A DNA stretch of 32,000 nt from Candidatus Heimdallarchaeota archaeon. GTDB lineage: Archaea; Asgardarchaeota; Heimdallarchaeia; JABLTI01. A program made the position numbers and the translations under genes. Below the pieces are notes generated by a model. It worked only from the letters and a program-made list of their open reading frames with translations, had not been told where the DNA came from and made no database searches. The stretch spans positions 1 through 32,000 of the forward strand of contig JAUWKS010000002.1 in the NCBI GenBank assembly GCA_030614005.1, read 5' to 3'. Positions 27,256 to 32,000 of the stretch are shown here, piece by piece; the first letter of the stretch is position 1; every line of letters begins with the position of its first letter.

Positions 27256-28266
27256 TTATTCTAAACCGAGATGTATTTCTCTTCGTTTTTGATAGTCATC
27301 TGGCCAATGATTTTGTATAAAGATTTGCTTGAATTTTACCTCTTTTTTAAGGTCATCAATTAAAGGTAAAATAGATTCATCTTCAACACCCCACAAGAAA
27401 AGATTAACTTCATGTTTAGTTCTATCTTGATATTTCTTAACGAAATCTAAATTATTTTTCAAGAGTTGAAAATCATCGGTAGGAAATGGAGTCCAAGCAG
27501 ACAAATGAATCGTTGGAATACCATAATTTCCTATAACATTTATATCTTGACCGAAATGTTTCAAAGCACCAATTGGTCCTTCTAAGGTGGGGTCTATATC
27601 CATCGTTATGGAAACGGTTAGGTCTTTTTTCAGGGTTATCGTCTGTGAAAGTTCTCGCAAAATAGTTTCAATTCTATTTTTACGCCAATTAAGCCATTCC
27701 GCTCCTAATTTGGGATCTCTTTGAATATCTCCTAATGAAAACATTCGTTCAATCCCATATGCACTAGAAAATGAGCGTCTACATCGTTCACAGAAACTAT
27801 ATTCCTCACGAGGAAAACGAATGTTATCAAGGAGTATTCCTTGAATTGGATGATTGCTTACCTCATCAATAATCGATTTCAGGTAAGTAGTATATGAATC
27901 TTTAAAGGGGTCAACAAAACTATTGTTTGGATTTCCACCATCTTTAATCGCAGAATAACTTGGATTTTTACCAAAGAAGTTATCCGCTAATCCATTGACC
28001 ACAGCATATACTTTAATGCCAATTGAATCAGCAATAGTTGAAAATGTTGAAAAGAATTCATTTGTATTTTTATTGGTTGGAGCTGTTGCACTCCGAAAGT
28101 GTACAAATCCAGAAGTGGATTTACCAACTACTGCAACTTCACTTAGAAAACCTCCGTTCTCCGCGAGAAATTCATCGGGACTTTGACGAAGATTAGTTGG
28201 ATCAATAATTGGGATTAAATTCTGGCTTGAAATACTGCGTATATCCATTGTTTCGTACCCACTCAC
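27256..28266 (-). CDS. Putative GHL10/DUF187-like TIM-barrel glycoside hydrolase-like protein
   Basis: GIKVYAV, FVDPF...YLKSIIDEV, IQGILLDNIRFP, FCERCRRSF, WLNWRKNRI. Confidence 0.7.
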   Translation of the reverse strand: MSGYETMDIRSISSQNLIPIIDPTNLRQSPDEFLAENGGFLSEVAVVGKSTSGFVHFRSATAPTNKNTNEFFSTFSTIADSIGIKVYAVVNGLADNFFGKNPSYSAIKDGGNPNNSFVDPFKDSYTTYLKSIIDEVSNHPIQGILLDNIRFPREEYSFCERCRRSFSSAYGIERMFSLGDIQRDPKLGAEWLNWRKNRIETILRELSQTITLKKDLTVSITMDIDPTLEGPIGALKHFGQDINVIGNYGIPTIHLSAWTPFPTDDFQLLKNNLDFVKKYQDRTKHEVNLFLWGVEDESILPLIDDLKKEVKFKQIFIQNHWPDDYQKRREIHLGLE

Positions 28267-28420
28267 AACAAAGATAGGATGCTAGACAAAAAAAGGTTTT
28301 TATTAAATATATCATTTGCTATTGAGCACTTTAGTGGCATTTTAGCTAAAAAATAAATAAAAAGAAAAAAATGGATACTAATAACAAGAAAAATGGAAAA
28401 AAGAAAAGGATATATAATCC

Positions 28421-28711
28421 TTACTTCTCTGCTTTTTCCTCAGTCTCTTCAACACTTTCAAAATCTTCAAGGTCTATTGGTGCAGGAGGAGGAGTTCTTG
28501 CCATTGTCCATCCTATCCAAGCTGCTATAGCAAGAATTACAAGCAATCCTAAGAGGATAGGAGCGGCAATCAAAATAATCGTAATTTGATTGGTGAGAAA
28601 TGATGTTTCTGAGTTCCAATCAACAAGTCCCCATACTGTAAAGGTCCAATATGCACCTAAAACTGCCAGTGAGGATAGAAATATAGAGTAACCAGCTATT
28701 TTGTCTTTCAT
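28421..28711 (-). CDS. Small two-TM membrane protein with acidic tail (DPM2-like pattern)
   Basis: Two hydrophobic helices, WIGWTMARTPPP motif, acidic C-terminus. Confidence 0.75.
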   Translation of the reverse strand: MKDKIAGYSIFLSSLAVLGAYWTFTVWGLVDWNSETSFLTNQITIILIAAPILLGLLVILAIAAWIGWTMARTPPPAPIDLEDFESVEETEEKAEK

Positions 28712-28832
28712 ATGTTCCAGGTTCCTTTCAAAGTTCCGTGTTCGCTATGAGCGATAAATCAACTATTCTTATGAAGGTTTCGATTAAATTATGTTTATAG
28801 AATAGATAGTTTAAGAAAAAAATTAGTATATT

Positions 28833-28878
28833 AAAAAAAAGAGTTGTTTCTCGAATTTCCTTTTACTGGAATTCGAGA
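28833..28878 (-). terminator. Hairpin + T8 tract after the P0 gene
   Basis: Minus strand TCTCGAATTCC-AGTAAAA-GGAAATTCGAGA (11 bp, one bulge), then 8 nt and TTTTTTTT. Confidence 0.6.
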
Positions 28879-28900
28879 GTTAGGTAACATATTTGGCAAA

Positions 28901-29911
28901 CTAACCAAATAATGAACCCATACCAGAGTCTTCTTCTTCCTCTTCTTCTTCTGGTTCAGGAGGAGTACTTGGTTCAGGAGTGGTTGTAGTGGCTGCAACA
29001 GTTTGAGTGGCTGCAAGTAATTCAGGAGGAATAATACTTGGGTCTTGGGTAGCAATTGCTTTTGCGAGAATCATTGCTTCTAATTGTGTCTTTGCGAGTA
29101 TAGTTCCTGCAGTTTCGGGAGTAATGAATTTGGTTTCAGTGGCTAAGGAGAGAGCTTCTCTACGAGTTTTACCAAGGAGTTGATCAATATTTTCCTTCGT
29201 TGGAATGTTAGCACCGAGGGACAATGCAAAAGCGTCTTGATGAGCTTTTACGAGGTTATTCATGATTTCATCGAAATCAACAATAAGATCATCATGGAGC
29301 ATTAAATTACCAGTACTATAAATTACATCAACAGATAAACCGGCATCAAAGGGTTCAATGCCTAAACGATTAAGAACATTGGTCAAGGTTTTGGACACTT
29401 TGTCTCCAGCTTTGCAAACAACTGCATCTTCAGTTATCTTAACAGTTCCACCTTCAATTCTAGTTGATAAACCAACAGATTGAAGCTCACCTATAACGGG
29501 TCCAGGAGCAAAACCGGTATCCCGTGCAGAGATATGAATATCTTTTGGAGCGATTTGTCCTTCTTTTGCTGCTGTTGGGATTTTCTTTTTCTCAAGATAG
29601 TTTGCTACTTTGAATGGATTGCCATTTGTGAAAATGAATGCACAAGAGCCTTGAATATAATCCTGTAATTTACTTAATCCTTTATCTTTTTTAGCAGCTT
29701 CAGTAAGAGCTAAACGCATCAAAGTATTCTTAGCTATTTTTAGAATAGTTTCCCCACGCATATCGTGACGAATACGTTGAATGGTCTTAGAGGCAATGTT
29801 TTCAACCTTAGTTATACCAATATTATTGTAAGAACCAATAATTTCAACTAATTCTTTCAGTTGACGTTTATTACCAGGATTGGGTTCATGGCGATATATG
29901 GCTTTGCTCAT
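28901..29911 (-). CDS. rplP0: Ribosomal stalk protein P0 (uL10)
   Basis: IAKNTLMRLAL, FIFTNGNPF, DTGFAPGPVIGELQSVG, C-terminal EEEEEEEDSGMGSLFG. Confidence 0.97.
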   Translation of the reverse strand: MSKAIYRHEPNPGNKRQLKELVEIIGSYNNIGITKVENIASKTIQRIRHDMRGETILKIAKNTLMRLALTEAAKKDKGLSKLQDYIQGSCAFIFTNGNPFKVANYLEKKKIPTAAKEGQIAPKDIHISARDTGFAPGPVIGELQSVGLSTRIEGGTVKITEDAVVCKAGDKVSKTLTNVLNRLGIEPFDAGLSVDVIYSTGNLMLHDDLIVDFDEIMNNLVKAHQDAFALSLGANIPTKENIDQLLGKTRREALSLATETKFITPETAGTILAKTQLEAMILAKAIATQDPSIIPPELLAATQTVAATTTTPEPSTPPEPEEEEEEEDSGMGSLFG

Positions 29912-29912
29912 T

Positions 29913-30569
29913 TTAGTGCACCTCTATTTTAACCGACTTACCCATAGTGGTTTTAATATTAGCAGAACGAATATTCATCATGCCTTTCACTAAGCGCCCT
30001 TCTAGAGTATGAATAATTGCTGCAATGTTATCAGCTATTGCTTTATTATCCATTTTAACGGTTCCTACTTTTGTAATCACAACAGGATTTTCCTTAATAC
30101 GTAATCTTGATGTTCGAGTAAAACGTTCAAGAAGAGCAGGAATATCTACATTTGGTGCAATTGGTTGAGGCATCTTCCCTCGAGGAGCCAAATATTTACC
30201 GAGAAATCGGGCAATCATAGGCATTAAAGAAGGTTCGGCGAGAAAGAAGTCATGCTCTCTTGCTAACTTTCTAATTTCTTTAGGAAGTTTTCCTAAAGCT
30301 TCAAGTTCAGTTTTTCCTAAGACAGTCTTGACACCTGCATTGCGAGCATTCACAGCAATTTCACCTGAAGCAAAAATAGCTACTTGTGGTTTCTTGCGAA
30401 TAGCATGAGGTAAGGTTGTCTGGAAATTAAAACGGTTACTAGGTACTTTAAGATCTAAATCCTTAAAGTTTACAGCAATATCAATGCTTTCAATAAACTT
30501 TCGCTTTTTAGATGCTTTTTTAAGTGCAGCAACAGCTTCTGTCGTTTTGTTTATATCCATATTAATCAC
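29913..30569 (-). CDS. rpl1: Large-subunit ribosomal protein uL1
   Basis: RKFIESIDIAVNFKDLDLK, LGKYLAPRGKMPQP, NIRSANIKTTMGK; start GTG 30569 or ATG 30560; 1 nt from the P0 start. Confidence 0.97.
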   Translation of the reverse strand: MINMDINKTTEAVAALKKASKKRKFIESIDIAVNFKDLDLKVPSNRFNFQTTLPHAIRKKPQVAIFASGEIAVNARNAGVKTVLGKTELEALGKLPKEIRKLAREHDFFLAEPSLMPMIARFLGKYLAPRGKMPQPIAPNVDIPALLERFTRTSRLRIKENPVVITKVGTVKMDNKAIADNIAAIIHTLEGRLVKGMMNIRSANIKTTMGKSVKIEVH

Positions 30570-30721
30570 TTACTAGTGTATTGTATTCAGCACATCAATA
30601 ACGATAAAAGGTTGTTAAAGAGCACGGTGACAGTCACACGCGATTGCGATATCTCCAAACATCAACGTACTGATTAAAAAGATTGTGTTGAGTTGGGGGA
30701 ATTACTTTTTATTAGTTTATT

Positions 30722-31573
30722 TTATGGAAGGAGTTCTAAAAGTGAGCTGAAATCCAAAATACCCTCATAATCTACTGGAAAGAATTTCCAACCTTGACCG
30801 AAAATGATCTTTCCATAGTTTTCTTGAAATTCATTAATTTTTACCAAAGTTATCAACCCTTCAGGTTCATCTGTATATTCCTTCGAAAAGAAATGTAAAA
30901 GAGAACGTAATTGTTTTTGTTCTAATTCCAAGGATGACTGATCATTGTCATTAAGATTGACAGTTATAGCTATTTCAGATATATTTTGGATTTTATCTTT
31001 GATCCGTTTCTTTGTATTTTTGATATCTATACTTATCCAACCTTTAGGAAGAATTGCAAGGAAATCAGTTAAAAATGAAAAAAGTGCTTTCTTTTCAAAG
31101 AAATGATTAATCAAAAATTTAGCTGTTGTTTGATAATAAACATCCTTTGCTGTTACAATTTTAAATATTTGAGAAGCTACTTCAACAATACTTTTTGGCA
31201 CTCTGTTTTTTATCTGATTAAGAAAATCTTGAGCTGAAAGAAGTTCAATATTAAAATCACTATCAGATAGGAGAAGGCTAATACGTTTCAAAGTATTTTG
31301 TGAATTTTGAAGTAAGGTTATCTGTTGAGATGAAGTAAAATAGCAAGTCAATAATAATTCAAAATCAGTTTTAGAAGTCTTATTAAAAATAATTGAATAT
31401 CTACTAAGATTTTCAGCAAGGAGAAGAAAAAGTGGTCTGTTAAGATTTATTTTAGAACTATCATTTTTTTGTACTGTGCTTCTAGTGATTTTCAATGGAA
31501 CAATTAAGGAAATTTTCTTTGAATCAGTAAGTAATATTCCATGTTTAGTTACTTTTGCAGTATTGAGAGACAC
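30722..31573 (-). CDS. Hypothetical protein, closely coupled to nob1
   Basis: 283-aa ORF starting 4 nt after the nob1 stop; no family recognised. Confidence 0.7.
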   Translation of the reverse strand: MSLNTAKVTKHGILLTDSKKISLIVPLKITRSTVQKNDSSKINLNRPLFLLLAENLSRYSIIFNKTSKTDFELLLTCYFTSSQQITLLQNSQNTLKRISLLLSDSDFNIELLSAQDFLNQIKNRVPKSIVEVASQIFKIVTAKDVYYQTTAKFLINHFFEKKALFSFLTDFLAILPKGWISIDIKNTKKRIKDKIQNISEIAITVNLNDNDQSSLELEQKQLRSLLHFFSKEYTDEPEGLITLVKINEFQENYGKIIFGQGWKFFPVDYEGILDFSSLLELLP

Positions 31574-31577
31574 GTTA

Positions 31578-32000
31578 TTAGCTCCTTTTTTTCTTTCTTT
31601 GAACTTTTTTCTTCATAGTGGAACCACATTCGAAACAAGAATTCATTTGTTTTTTACTTTTAAATCCACAACCGGTACAGACCCATGAATACACATGTAT
31701 CTGAGTTATGCCCTTCCAATATATTCCTTTGTAAGGGATGCCCATATAATTTGCTAGATTTTGGATATCATAATCATCAGTAATAATTTCTACTAAATTA
31801 TTCTTTGATTGCAATTCAAAAGCTACTGCAACAACACTCATATCACATTCTGAAAGCTCTGCAATATCCCCTGTTTCATTTGCTTGGTGGTTCACTTCAG
31901 TAAAAGCTGTTTTATCAGGGATAGTAACGATTACATCTTTCTTTACAGCAATTTCCTCTAAAAGCGCCTCTCCTCGATGCATTCCTTCGATTTCATAGGT
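31578..32000 (-). CDS. nob1: Nob1-like PIN endonuclease with Zn ribbon (5' end beyond the window)
   Basis: ETGDIAELSECD, IITDDYDIQN, C-terminal CTGC...CFECGS; the frame stays open to position 32000. Confidence 0.9.
   Translation of the reverse strand, partial: TYEIEGMHRGEALLEEIAVKKDVIVTIPDKTAFTEVNHQANETGDIAELSECDMSVVAVAFELQSKNNLVEIITDDYDIQNLANYMGIPYKGIYWKGITQIHVYSWVCTGCGFKSKKQMNSCFECGSTMKKKVQRKKKRS

Noticed and set aside
28831-29055. 74-aa minus-strand ORF where ribosomal P1/L12 would be expected
   Set aside because: It is an alternative frame over the P0 3' end and its terminator, with no P1/L12 motifs.
30590-30666. Possible C/D-box sRNA (TTGATGT ... CTGA) on the minus strand
   Set aside because: Box C is imperfect, there are no clear D'/C' boxes, and guide complementarity could not be shown; kept only as a possible leader structure.
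595-31688. Numerous 60-140 aa ORFs overlapping the called genes (e.g. 1010-1312, 3403-3828, 7107-7400, 12877-13200, 19629-19859)
   Set aside because: Antisense or alternative-frame shadows of well-supported genes, without motifs of their own.
1-32000. tRNA, rRNA, CRISPR arrays, IS elements
   Set aside because: No cloverleaf-like GC-rich segments, regularly spaced repeats, terminal inverted repeats or transposase ORFs were seen by eye.

Overview
AT-rich, gene-dense chromosomal window from an archaeon, most likely Asgard. This is inferred from archaeal housekeeping genes (proS, trmI, uL1, P0/uL10, L10e, Nob1, A-type ATPase E) mixed with many eukaryotic-signature-like genes: two Rab-like GTPases, roadblock, longin-wHTH, Rpn11-like JAMM protease and RING finger. 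I saw no tRNA, rRNA, CRISPR array or transposase/integrase. The most striking element is a tightly packed, co-oriented cluster at 11833-15499. It encodes a ParM/StbA-type actin-like ATPase, an overlapping ribbon-helix-helix protein with a ParR-like layout, a protein resembling a BRO1 (ALIX/BROX, ESCRT-III-recruiting) domain plus Zn ribbon, and an MglA-type GTPase. It is preceded by overlapping palindromes and followed by a 1408-aa SF2 helicase. Other notable items: a Rab-thioredoxin fusion, a roadblock + NPRL2-like pair, a JAMM-Ig fusion, a Zn-ribbon/CdvA-like protein and a DPM2-like membrane protein. All family calls come from motif reading and recalled sequences; no database search was run.
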